DNA of 24,000 nt from Planktothrix serta PCC 8927. GTDB lineage: Bacteria; Cyanobacteriota; Cyanobacteriia; Cyanobacteriales; Microcoleaceae. Each line of letters opens with the position of its first letter. Positions within the stretch are counted from its first letter, which is position 1. A program made the translations under genes and the position numbers. The stretch is from contig NZ_LR734877.1 of assembly GCF_900010725.2 (NCBI RefSeq), forward strand, positions 293,412-317,411, given 5' to 3'. Under the pieces are notes generated by a model. It searched no databases and was not told the DNA's origin. It saw only the letters and a list, made by a program, of their open reading frames with translations. Shown here one piece after another: positions 9,047-16,750 of the stretch.

Positions 9047-9936
9047 TCAGCTTTGAAAACCGCTTCTTCTACCCGACCGGGTTCACCGAGGCGTTTAGCT
9101 TCTCCATTATTGACTGTAACTAGAACACCTCCGGCATTTCCAGCGACAACAACAACTTTATCCTTTGCTTTCCAACTGCGTTGTGTTCCTCCCTCTAAAG
9201 TTCCTTCAAATTCGGTTTTCCCATCGACTTCAATCAAGACCCAAGAAGCATCTTTAACAACAATTCCCACTTCTACCGTCTTTTCAGTCGTTGATTTGGC
9301 GGAGGGCTTCGTTTCCGAGGCTTTCTCAACCGTTGTTGTCATCGTTGACGTTGGGGTATCCAGGGGAGAAGACAATAAGCGACTTTCGGGTTGAGTTTGG
9401 GACTGAACTACCGCCTGACGGAGTTGAGGATTGACTTCCGAAGGTTTGGGTGTAGCCACCTGTTCACCCGATACACCCGCAAAATTAGTGGTTTTATTCA
9501 GATAAGAAACCCCATTAATGGCACAAATAATTAATAGGATATAAGTTAAGTAAAGATGAGTTGGTCTTAATTGAGGCAGGGCTAAGGAACTGAGTTTAGA
9601 TTTAATTCCGGCTTGTGGAGGTTCAGGAAGGAAAAAGTTAGCGAGTTCTGCTCCATTTAAACCCAAAGCATCTGCATAACGACGGATTAACCCTTGAGTA
9701 TAAACAGGTTCCGGTAGCTGTTCTGTCCTACCTTCTTCTAGTGCTTGTAATAAATGAGAACGAATTCGGGTGTAAGCCGATACCATATCTAAAGATAAGG
9801 AATGATTAATCCGAGTTTCTCGGAGTTGTTCTCCGATTTCTACTAAGCGCTGAATTCGTTCAGCATCATAGGAATTAAGCGTCTGGCGAGGATGTTTAGT
9901 CACTTTAAACGGTAAGACAAATAAATCAGTTTTCAT
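9028..9936 (-). CDS. rodZ: RodZ-like cytoskeleton/morphogenesis protein (N-terminal HTH, one TM, Pro/Thr-rich linker, C-terminal DUF4115-like domain)
   Basis: HTH region LRETRINHSLSLDMVSAYTRIRSHLLQALEEG, TM LYLTYILLIICAINGVSYL, C-terminal beta-rich domain DASWVLIEVDGK...VVVVAGNAGGVLVTVNNGE. This is the RodZ architecture. Confidence 0.75.
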   Translation of the reverse strand: MKTDLFVLPFKVTKHPRQTLNSYDAERIQRLVEIGEQLRETRINHSLSLDMVSAYTRIRSHLLQALEEGRTEQLPEPVYTQGLIRRYADALGLNGAELANFFLPEPPQAGIKSKLSSLALPQLRPTHLYLTYILLIICAINGVSYLNKTTNFAGVSGEQVATPKPSEVNPQLRQAVVQSQTQPESRLLSSPLDTPTSTMTTTVEKASETKPSAKSTTEKTVEVGIVVKDASWVLIEVDGKTEFEGTLEGGTQRSWKAKDKVVVVAGNAGGVLVTVNNGEAKRLGEPGRVEEAVFKAEDLSKS

Positions 9937-9942
9937 AATCTT

Positions 9943-10737
9943 TTACTCCTTGCTTTCTACAGGGTTAACTGGCACACTAACCAATGGTGAGGAAACGGGA
10001 TTTCGTAAAAACTCAATTTCAGATGTACTGAGAGAACGATACTGACCTTCAGACAATGCAGGCTGTCCGGGAGGTTGGAGTTGAATTGAGCCAATGGCTG
10101 TCCGGTGCAGTTCTACAACCGGATAACCCAATTGCTCGGCAACTCGGCGAATTTGCCGCTTTCTACCCTCGTATAAAATCACTTCTAATAATGCCTGATC
10201 GCCGGGAATTTGCTGGATACACCGGACTTGAGCCGGGAGGGTTTTTTTTCCTGCTAACATCACACCCTGACACCAAGCCTGTAATATTGAATCCGACGGA
10301 TTTCCCTGCACCCAGACTTGATAAGTTTTAGGAATGAAATGACGAGGATGAGTTAAACGAAATGTTAATTCTCCATCGTTAGTCAGCAACAATGCTCCTG
10401 TAGAATCTACATCCAACCGTCCAACCGGATGAATGCCTTCACCCACCCGCAGTTTACGGGGAAGTAGATCCAAAACGGAAGGTCGTCCGTTCGGGTCTAA
10501 ACAAGTAGATACAACACCTATAGGTTTATTGAGCAGTAAATAGATCGGCACAGGTCGTCTTGAGGGATGAATGAGTTTCCCATCTATCTCAATTTGATCA
10601 CGGTTGGGATCGGCTTTTTGTCCCAAATGGGCGAGATTACCATTGACTCGCACCCGTCCTGCTTGGATCATTTCTTCCGCATGACGGCGCGAGGCAATGC
10701 CCCATTGAGCCATAATTTTTTGTAGCCTTTCATCCAT
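9943..10737 (-). CDS. rRNA pseudouridine synthase, RsuA/RluB family (S4 domain plus catalytic domain)
   Basis: S4 domain ([31 protein letters not shown]) and catalytic [17 protein letters not shown] motif. The ORF track starts at 10818; ATG 10737 (MDERLQK) fits the family N-terminus. A 6-nt gap to rodZ suggests an operon. Confidence 0.85.
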   Translation of the reverse strand: MDERLQKIMAQWGIASRRHAEEMIQAGRVRVNGNLAHLGQKADPNRDQIEIDGKLIHPSRRPVPIYLLLNKPIGVVSTCLDPNGRPSVLDLLPRKLRVGEGIHPVGRLDVDSTGALLLTNDGELTFRLTHPRHFIPKTYQVWVQGNPSDSILQAWCQGVMLAGKKTLPAQVRCIQQIPGDQALLEVILYEGRKRQIRRVAEQLGYPVVELHRTAIGSIQLQPPGQPALSEGQYRSLSTSEIEFLRNPVSSPLVSVPVNPVESKE

Positions 10738-10886
10738 GATTGGGGTGAACGTCGTATACTGCTCTAAATCTTTTAAAACCACGCTCAATTGTGCCACAAG
10801 TCTAAAGACTATGTACAAATATTACAGCAATCCGCAATTAATCCTACTATCAATCTGAACTCGGTGTGAAATAATGGGGATGAAAA

Positions 10887-11657
10887 ATGGGAGTCGCTAT
10901 GGCCTTGATTGAAATGCCGCGTAAACCTCTAGTTGGAACTCTGCTATCAACGGCAATTCAGCTTTGGTTGCGATCGCAAGTTGACAAAATCGATGATTTG
11001 CACTTTAGTATCGAGGGGACTAATCGTTCTTTACTATCAGGCCATATTCCTCAAGTCTCTGTCTCGGCTGAGAATGCCATTTATCAAGGGTTACATCTAA
11101 CTCAGGTACAATTACAAGGCTCAGGTATTCGGTTTAATTTAGGTCAAGTTTTAAAAGGTCAACCCCTACATCTATTAGAACCTTTTTGGGTCACAGGGGA
11201 TCTAAATTTTAATCAATCGGATCTGAATATGTCCCTACAGGCTCCGATATTAGCACAGGCATTAAACGAGTTTGTTTTGTCCCTGTTGAGATCCATGATG
11301 GAAAACCCATTAATGTCTTCCTCTGATCTCAAACCGGATCAAGATCAGTCTTGGATTAATTCAGTTCAACAGGTTCAAGATACCCAAATTACCCTAGAAA
11401 CCGATCATTTAATTTTAACAGCCAAGCTGCTTTTCTCCAAGGGTGAATTATTGCCGTTTCAATTAAAAACAGGATTAGAACTTGCCAGTTCCCATGAACT
11501 GATGTTTGTCCAGCCTCAAGTTGAAATTCAAACTTTGAATACTGAATTTCAATTGAGTCATTATACCATTGATTTGGGATCAGATCTTAAAATTCAAGAT
11601 TTAATTTTATCTGCTCAACTTCTTCAAATTAACGCTACGGTCAAAGTTAATCCCTAA
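10887..11657 (+). CDS. Hypothetical protein, possibly DUF2993/LmeA-like
   Basis: 256-aa ORF with GGGGA 6 nt upstream of the ATG. The N-terminal hydrophobic segment and repeated beta-rich pattern (LSGHIPQVSVSAENAIYQGLHLTQVQLQGSGIRFNL) resemble DUF2993, from memory only. Confidence 0.6.
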   Translation: MGVAMALIEMPRKPLVGTLLSTAIQLWLRSQVDKIDDLHFSIEGTNRSLLSGHIPQVSVSAENAIYQGLHLTQVQLQGSGIRFNLGQVLKGQPLHLLEPFWVTGDLNFNQSDLNMSLQAPILAQALNEFVLSLLRSMMENPLMSSSDLKPDQDQSWINSVQQVQDTQITLETDHLILTAKLLFSKGELLPFQLKTGLELASSHELMFVQPQVEIQTLNTEFQLSHYTIDLGSDLKIQDLILSAQLLQINATVKVNP

Positions 11658-11660
11658 TTA

Positions 11661-12206
11661 TTATGGTTGCAACGTTGAAACTAACGGCCAAGTTGTCACC
11701 ACAAAAATAATTACTGCAATAATTGATAACACCAGTTCAATAATATTTCCTAAAATTGAACCAATAAAAACCCCAATACTCGCTTTGAAAGAGGGCTTAA
11801 TTCGTTCACTGAATTTGAGATCCCGTTGATAGAGAAATTCCCCAATAAAAGCCCCTAAAATTGGCCCCAATAACAGCCCCAAAATTGGCCCTCCCAGGGG
11901 TAAAGCAGGTAACAGTCCGAATACTCCTAGCACTAATCCAATAATCGCCCCAAACTGCGCCCATTTACTCGCCCCGGACTGCTGAACGCCCCAATAGGTC
12001 GCTAAATATTCAATAATTGTACTTAAAATTAAAATAACAAATATCGCCACCATCGGCCAAACAATGCCCGTGAATTGGGTAGCAATTCCCCAAACTAAAA
12101 TCGCTCCTAATATTAAACTGGTTCCGGGTAATAACGGCACAACTGTTCCAATTACCCCAATTACCATAACTGCAATAACAACCCAATAGAGAATCCAATA
12201 ATTCAT
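11661..12206 (-). CDS. DUF456-like small integral membrane protein
   Basis: Polytopic glycine-rich membrane protein starting MNYWILYWVVIAVMVIGVIGTVVPLLPG. The ORF track starts at TTG 12224; ATG 12206 is preferred. It lies 31 nt downstream of the M48 gene on the same strand. Confidence 0.65.
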   Translation of the reverse strand: MNYWILYWVVIAVMVIGVIGTVVPLLPGTSLILGAILVWGIATQFTGIVWPMVAIFVILILSTIIEYLATYWGVQQSGASKWAQFGAIIGLVLGVFGLLPALPLGGPILGLLLGPILGAFIGEFLYQRDLKFSERIKPSFKASIGVFIGSILGNIIELVLSIIAVIIFVVTTWPLVSTLQP

Positions 12207-12237
12207 ATCTTTTAACCTGATCAACGTTTAAAGGACA

Positions 12238-13083
12238 TCAGCGAGAACCCACAATTTGAGTAAAGCGTTCTTGTCCTTCATCTAAATTAGCCGGAATTCC
12301 ATTCGGATAAGTTTCAGTAATTATAGCCTGGAGCCGTTCAACCCGATTACCGGGGTTAGGATGGGTGCTGAGAAATTCTGGAGGGTTTCCCCCAGAACGA
12401 GCAGAGGCTAAGATCTGCATTAATTCGACTAATCCCTTGGGATTGTAACCCGCTTGGGTCATGAATTGAAATCCTAGGCGATCGCTTTCTAGCTCATCTT
12501 CGCGGCCATATCGCAGATTGACTAATTGATTCGCAGCCTGGGCTAAAATTGCGGCTTGTCGAGCATCCTGGGGGTTATCACTGGCTGAAATTCCCACCGC
12601 ATTCACTAACGCCGATCCTAACTGTTGTCGCGCCAGATGTTCTGAACCATGTCGGGCAATTACATGGCCAACTTCATGTCCCAAAACCCCCGCCAGTTGT
12701 GCTTCTGAATTCAAACGATTAAATAGGGCTTGGGTAATAAATACCTGTCCCCCTGGTAACGCAAAAGCATTAATCGTTTTGGGATCACGCAACAGATGAA
12801 AATCAAAGGGATAGGACGCTTGGGCTGCATCCGATTGTTTTACTACCCGTAATCCCACTTCATCGACATAATTTTGTAACCTGGGATCGGGATATAAACC
12901 CCCATATTGATCCGCGAGTTGTCCTCTGGATTTGAGTCCTAAAACAACTTCTTGACGGGGAGAAAGACTAACTCGCTGCATTTCCCCGGTGATTGGGTTT
13001 TTTTCAACATTGGTACAATAACTGACCAACCCAAATAGAGCAAATAAAATTCCGATAAACAGACGCAATAAAAGTCTTTGCAC
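12238..13083 (-). CDS. M48-family zinc metallopeptidase with N-terminal signal/anchor
   Basis: HEXXH site GHEVGHVIARH with a downstream E (REDELESD), typical of peptidase M48. N-terminal hydrophobic leader LFIGILFALFGLVSYC. GTG start at 13083; the next in-frame Met would delete the leader. Confidence 0.8.
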   Translation of the reverse strand: MQRLLLRLFIGILFALFGLVSYCTNVEKNPITGEMQRVSLSPRQEVVLGLKSRGQLADQYGGLYPDPRLQNYVDEVGLRVVKQSDAAQASYPFDFHLLRDPKTINAFALPGGQVFITQALFNRLNSEAQLAGVLGHEVGHVIARHGSEHLARQQLGSALVNAVGISASDNPQDARQAAILAQAANQLVNLRYGREDELESDRLGFQFMTQAGYNPKGLVELMQILASARSGGNPPEFLSTHPNPGNRVERLQAIITETYPNGIPANLDEGQERFTQIVGSR

Positions 13084-13208
13084 GGAAGATATCTCAACAC
13101 TTATCTAGGATTATAACATATTTTTTTTAAATTTGTCCTCTCTAACGACTGGGAATTTTAGAGATATTAGGATAATTTTTTATAAAAACTATATCAAAAG
13201 ATAGATAC

Positions 13209-13337
13209 TATAGCAGTCCTAAATAGGTTGTACTATTTTATCGTAGGGGTGGCGCCCCTCCCAACCCAGACATAAAGAGGGTTGGGAGGGACGCCACCCC
13301 TACAGAATTTTTTCACAAATCATTTAGGATTGCTATA
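13209..13337. mobile_element. 129-nt MITE-like nested palindromic element
   Basis: Outer 16-nt inverted repeats TATAGCAGTCCTAAAT (13209-13224) and ATTTAGGATTGCTATA (13322-13337), 1 mismatch. Inner GC-rich 25-nt arms at 13243-13267 and 13279-13303, 1 mismatch, with an 11-nt loop. The two spacers are each exactly 18 nt. Confidence 0.5.
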
Positions 13338-13362
13338 TATAAAGTTTGTTTAATAAATTTTA

Positions 13363-13379
13363 GCCCGCAGGGTGCGGGC
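13363..13379 (-). terminator. Candidate intrinsic terminator of ctaB
   Basis: GCCCGCA-GGG-TGCGGGC (7-bp GC-rich stem, 3-nt loop) 13 nt downstream of the ctaB stop on the minus strand, followed there by UAAAAUUUAUU. Confidence 0.45.
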
Positions 13380-13391
13380 AATTTCTGGTTT

Positions 13392-14357
13392 TTACATCAG
13401 TCCCAGAGGCAAAGATTCACTCAATGCCATTACCATCTCACGGGTAATGGGTAAACTATCAACCACCATTGCCGCACACAATAGCATCAAATAGAGAATG
13501 GAATATTTAAACAGCGATCGCGCTGTATTTCGTTCCGAGGGAGTTTGTAATAATAGCCAAGCTTTTTGTAAGAAAATCCCTCCTAAAATCAAGGCAATTA
13601 TCGCATAAACAAAACCACTCGTATGTAACGGATAAACCAACAATAAGGTAGAAGGAATCAGAATTAAGCTATAAATCCAGATTTGTTTAGCAGTAGTTTC
13701 ATCCCCTTCAATTACAGGTAACATTGGAACCCCGACTTCCTTATATTCATCTCGAATCATCATGGCTAATGCCCAAAAATGAGGCGGTGTCCAGAGAAAA
13801 ATGATCGTAAATAATAGCCAAGCAGACCAACTTAAATCTCCGGTAACAGCAGCCCATCCCACTAACGGAGGAATCGCTCCAGCCGCGCCTCCAATGACAA
13901 TATTTTGAACGCTATGGCGTTTTAACCAATGGGTATAGATCAGGACATAAAAAACAATTCCCGATAAAGCTAATAACGCCGTTAATAAGTTTGCAAAAAC
14001 CGTCAGTAAGACAAATGAAGTAATCGCAAGAGCGATCGCAAAAATTAAAGCATCCAGGGGTTTAACACGACCCGATGGTAGCGGACGCCAGCGAGTCCGT
14101 TCCATAATGTAATCAATATCTCGGTCATACAAACAGTTAATCGTATTAGCAGAACCCGACGCTAAAGCCCCCCCCGTTAATGTTACCAATAACAATAAGG
14201 GATCAACCTCTCCTTTAGCCGCTAACCACATTCCCGCAGCCGTTGTAATTAACAACAATAGAATAATTCTAGGCTTGGTCAATTGATAATAACTTTGCAC
14301 CACTTGTAAAACATTCTCATGGTGTCGGGAGACGTTGGTTTGAATCACTTCTTGCAT
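13392..14357 (-). CDS. ctaB: Protoheme IX farnesyltransferase (heme O synthase)
   Basis: UbiA-family protein: [43 protein letters not shown] 14357 is preceded by GAGGA 8 nt upstream on the minus strand. The ORF track starts at GTG 14372. Confidence 0.92.
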   Translation of the reverse strand: MQEVIQTNVSRHHENVLQVVQSYYQLTKPRIILLLLITTAAGMWLAAKGEVDPLLLLVTLTGGALASGSANTINCLYDRDIDYIMERTRWRPLPSGRVKPLDALIFAIALAITSFVLLTVFANLLTALLALSGIVFYVLIYTHWLKRHSVQNIVIGGAAGAIPPLVGWAAVTGDLSWSAWLLFTIIFLWTPPHFWALAMMIRDEYKEVGVPMLPVIEGDETTAKQIWIYSLILIPSTLLLVYPLHTSGFVYAIIALILGGIFLQKAWLLLQTPSERNTARSLFKYSILYLMLLCAAMVVDSLPITREMVMALSESLPLGLM

Positions 14358-14372
14358 GAAAAAATTCCTCAC

Positions 14373-14400
14373 TGATTACTGATTACTAATTACGGATAAC
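14373..14400 (+). repeat. Four phased heptamers (TGATTAC x2, TAATTAC, GGATAAC) at the ctaA/ctaB junction
   Basis: Read directly. The reverse complement encodes the last residues (QLSVISNQ) and the TAA stop of ctaA. Confidence 0.75.
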
Positions 14401-15314
14401 TGTCGATCTCGCAGTGCTAAAGTGCTAAAACAAACTAGAGTTCCGAGAAGTGTCGCTCCCATCGCTTGATGGGCAACGGTGAGGGGTTCGACTTGTAAAC
14501 GCAAGTAAAACGTTGCCACCCCTAAAAGAATTTGAGCCACTAAACAAGCTCCTGCGATAGTTGCTAATTTTCTGAGTAAGGGATGCAAAGCAGAAGTTCG
14601 CCAAGCGAAAATAATTAGGGTTAATGTGACTAGAGTGGGAGGAACAACCCCAATAATATGGCTATTCATCACAGTACAGAGTTGAGAAGACCCAAAACAT
14701 TGATGTAAAGCCCATTGAGAACCGACTAACGCTCCTAAAATACTTTGGAAGTAAACTAAAATTGCTGCGGTAATACTCATCCCAGTTAGCTTTCCCACAT
14801 TGACCGTACCTTGATAGGGTAAGAGAAGACAACCGATAATCAGCAAGGTTGAGAAAAACAGTAAAGCAGTTCCTAAATGGGCGGTAACAATATCAAAACG
14901 TAACAGTTGTGTAACCGTGAGTCCCCCTAAAACGCCTTGAAACACGATTAAAGCTAAGGCGAAGAGGGAAGCCCAAGGGAGCCATTGGGGTAACTCCCGT
15001 CTGTACCACCCGGATAACCCCACAAGGACTATTGTACCGAATCCAATTCCAGCAGCATCAAGACGATGAAACCACTCCAAGAAGACTTGAACATTCATCT
15101 GGGCTGCGGGGATAAACTCCCCATAACATAACGGCCAGTCAGGACAAGCCAGTCCAGCATTCATGACTCGCGTAGCACTGCCAACGGCCATTAACAGTAA
15201 CGTGGCAATACTCAGTTTCCAGACTAAACGCCGAATCATATTCTGGGCGAGAGATCCGATCTCTCCCGTCTGTGTGGTTGATAAACTGGCATCGTTAAGG
15301 ACAGTATTGGCCAT
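14376..15314 (-). CDS. ctaA: Heme A synthase (COX15/CtaA)
   Basis: Polytopic membrane protein with the CPDWPLCYG motif and conserved His residues. The ORF track starts at TTG 15344; ATG 15314 (MANTVLND) is preferred. Confidence 0.9.
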   Translation of the reverse strand: MANTVLNDASLSTTQTGEIGSLAQNMIRRLVWKLSIATLLLMAVGSATRVMNAGLACPDWPLCYGEFIPAAQMNVQVFLEWFHRLDAAGIGFGTIVLVGLSGWYRRELPQWLPWASLFALALIVFQGVLGGLTVTQLLRFDIVTAHLGTALLFFSTLLIIGCLLLPYQGTVNVGKLTGMSITAAILVYFQSILGALVGSQWALHQCFGSSQLCTVMNSHIIGVVPPTLVTLTLIIFAWRTSALHPLLRKLATIAGACLVAQILLGVATFYLRLQVEPLTVAHQAMGATLLGTLVCFSTLALRDRQLSVISNQ

Positions 15315-15440
15315 GAGTTCCACCCATTTAACTTGAGACTGCAATGATTAAAGCATGATGGTTGATTGTACTTATCTAAGTTAACGATGCAATCCCAAGA
15401 TGAACAGACTTTTAGGAAGTTTTCTGATTTTGCGTTAATT

Positions 15441-15460
15441 GTTGACGGTCAACCGTCAAC
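15441..15460. promoter_or_regulatory. Candidate operator: 8-bp perfect inverted repeat GTTGACGG-tcaa-CCGTCAAC in the divergent ctaA/ctaC promoter region
   Basis: Arms at 15441-15448 and 15453-15460 are perfect reverse complements. Located 127 nt upstream of the ctaA ATG and 214 nt upstream of the ctaC GTG. Confidence 0.3.
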
Positions 15461-15660
15461 CCCCAATGCAATTCTAAAGAAAATCCAAAAGATAATTCAG
15501 TATCGATTCAGGGATTTGTGATTTGCTTTACGGTAGATGTAGGGTTTTAGCCAGAAAATAAACCCTGGTGTTCAGGTTTCTCAACCAGCTACTAAGATTA
15601 AACAAGCGTGTAAATAGACAGCATCTTCCTATCCGATCTCTGTGTTGGAAATGCTCAATA

Positions 15661-15666
15661 AGGAGG
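15661..15666 (+). promoter_or_regulatory. Shine-Dalgarno (AGGAGG) for ctaC
   Basis: AGGAGG lies 7 nt upstream of the GTG start at 15674. Confidence 0.55.
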
Positions 15667-15673
15667 AATAGGC

Positions 15674-16711
15674 GTGATCATTCCAAGTTCAATTTTGACT
15701 TTGCTAGTAGGGATCGGGATTACTCTCGTCAGTCTCTGGTATGGTCAAAACCATAATTTATTACCGGTTGCAGCCTCCGCAGAAGCGGCTGAAGTCGATG
15801 GGTTATTTAACCTGATGATGACCATTAGCTTTGGGTTAGTGCTTCTAGTCGAAGGAGTGTTACTGGTATCTTTAATTAAATTTCGTCGCAAAAAAGATGA
15901 CACAACCGATGCGACTCCCATTCACGGCAATATTCCCCTAGAAATTGTCTGGACAGCGATCCCGGCGGTTATCGTTTTGGGGATTGGTATTTATAGTTTT
16001 GAAATCTATAACAACATGGGCGGCCTTGATCCGATGGCTTCGGGTCAACATTCTATGCACGCCCACGGCAAAATGAATGGATCGGCGATCGCAGCCCCAT
16101 TAATCGACGGCCAGCAGCCCCCAGAATTTACCCAAATCGCCTTGGGGATCGGCGCATCTCCCGCTCAAGAAGGGAAAATCGCCGCCGTTAATGTGGATGT
16201 GACTGGGTTACAGTTTGCCTGGATTTTTAACTACAAAGAGACAGGTATTACCGCCGGAGAACTTCATGTCCCCGTTGGTCAAGAAGTGCAATTAAACATG
16301 ACCGCCCAAGATGTAATCCATGCCTTTTGGATTCCGCAATTGCGCTTAAAGCAAGATACGATTCCCGGTCGGATCACAGAATTGCGATTTACACCCACTA
16401 AGCTGGGAACCTATCCCGTTGTCTGTGCCGAGTTGTGTGGTGGCTATCATGGGGCAATGCGATCGCAAATGATTGTCGATACCCCAGAAGATTATGCGGC
16501 TTGGGTGGCTGAAAATGCCGTTGCCAGCGCAACCAACCTACAACAAGCCGTTGCCATCAATCCCGCAGAATTACCCGATGGTGAATTTCTAGCACCCTAT
16601 GTCAACGAAAATCAGTTATCAGTCAACAGTGAACAGTTATCAGTGATGAGACAGTTGACTGTTGCTTTGAGTCAACAAAATCTTGATTTTGTTTCTAACA
16701 CTGATAACTGA
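15674..16711 (+). CDS. ctaC: Cytochrome c oxidase subunit II (CuA-containing, aa3-type)
   Basis: Two N-terminal TM helices. Complete CuA ligand set: HAFWIPQL ... CAELCGGYHGAM. GTG start with a strong SD. The C-terminal tail is encoded by heptamer repeats and the stop codon lies inside the (CTGATAA)7 array. Confidence 0.92.
   Translation: MIIPSSILTLLVGIGITLVSLWYGQNHNLLPVAASAEAAEVDGLFNLMMTISFGLVLLVEGVLLVSLIKFRRKKDDTTDATPIHGNIPLEIVWTAIPAVIVLGIGIYSFEIYNNMGGLDPMASGQHSMHAHGKMNGSAIAAPLIDGQQPPEFTQIALGIGASPAQEGKIAAVNVDVTGLQFAWIFNYKETGITAGELHVPVGQEVQLNMTAQDVIHAFWIPQLRLKQDTIPGRITELRFTPTKLGTYPVVCAELCGGYHGAMRSQMIVDTPEDYAAWVAENAVASATNLQQAVAINPAELPDGEFLAPYVNENQLSVNSEQLSVMRQLTVALSQQNLDFVSNTDN
16613..16647 (+). 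repeat. Five phased heptamers CAGTNAN (cagttat cagtcaa cagtgaa cagttat cagtgat) inside the ctaC 3' coding region
   Basis: Read directly. They translate with 7-aa periodicity (QLSVNSE QLSVMRQ). This is the same unit family as the downstream CTGATAA array, in opposite orientation. Confidence 0.75.
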
Positions 16712-16749
16712 TAACTGATAACTGATAACTGATAACTGATAACTGATAA
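16701..16749 (+). repeat. Perfect tandem array (CTGATAA)x7
   Basis: 49 nt, seven identical units. Contains the ctaC stop (TGA 16709-16711) and ends 1 nt before the ctaD ATG (16751). Confidence 0.97.
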
Positions 16750-16750
16750 A

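Noticed and set aside
16701-16749. Whether the tandem arrays here and at 7544-7641, 18554-18588 and 19361-19381 could be CRISPR
   Set aside because: The units are 7 nt with no spacers and there are no cas genes. These are simple tandem (STRR-like) repeats.
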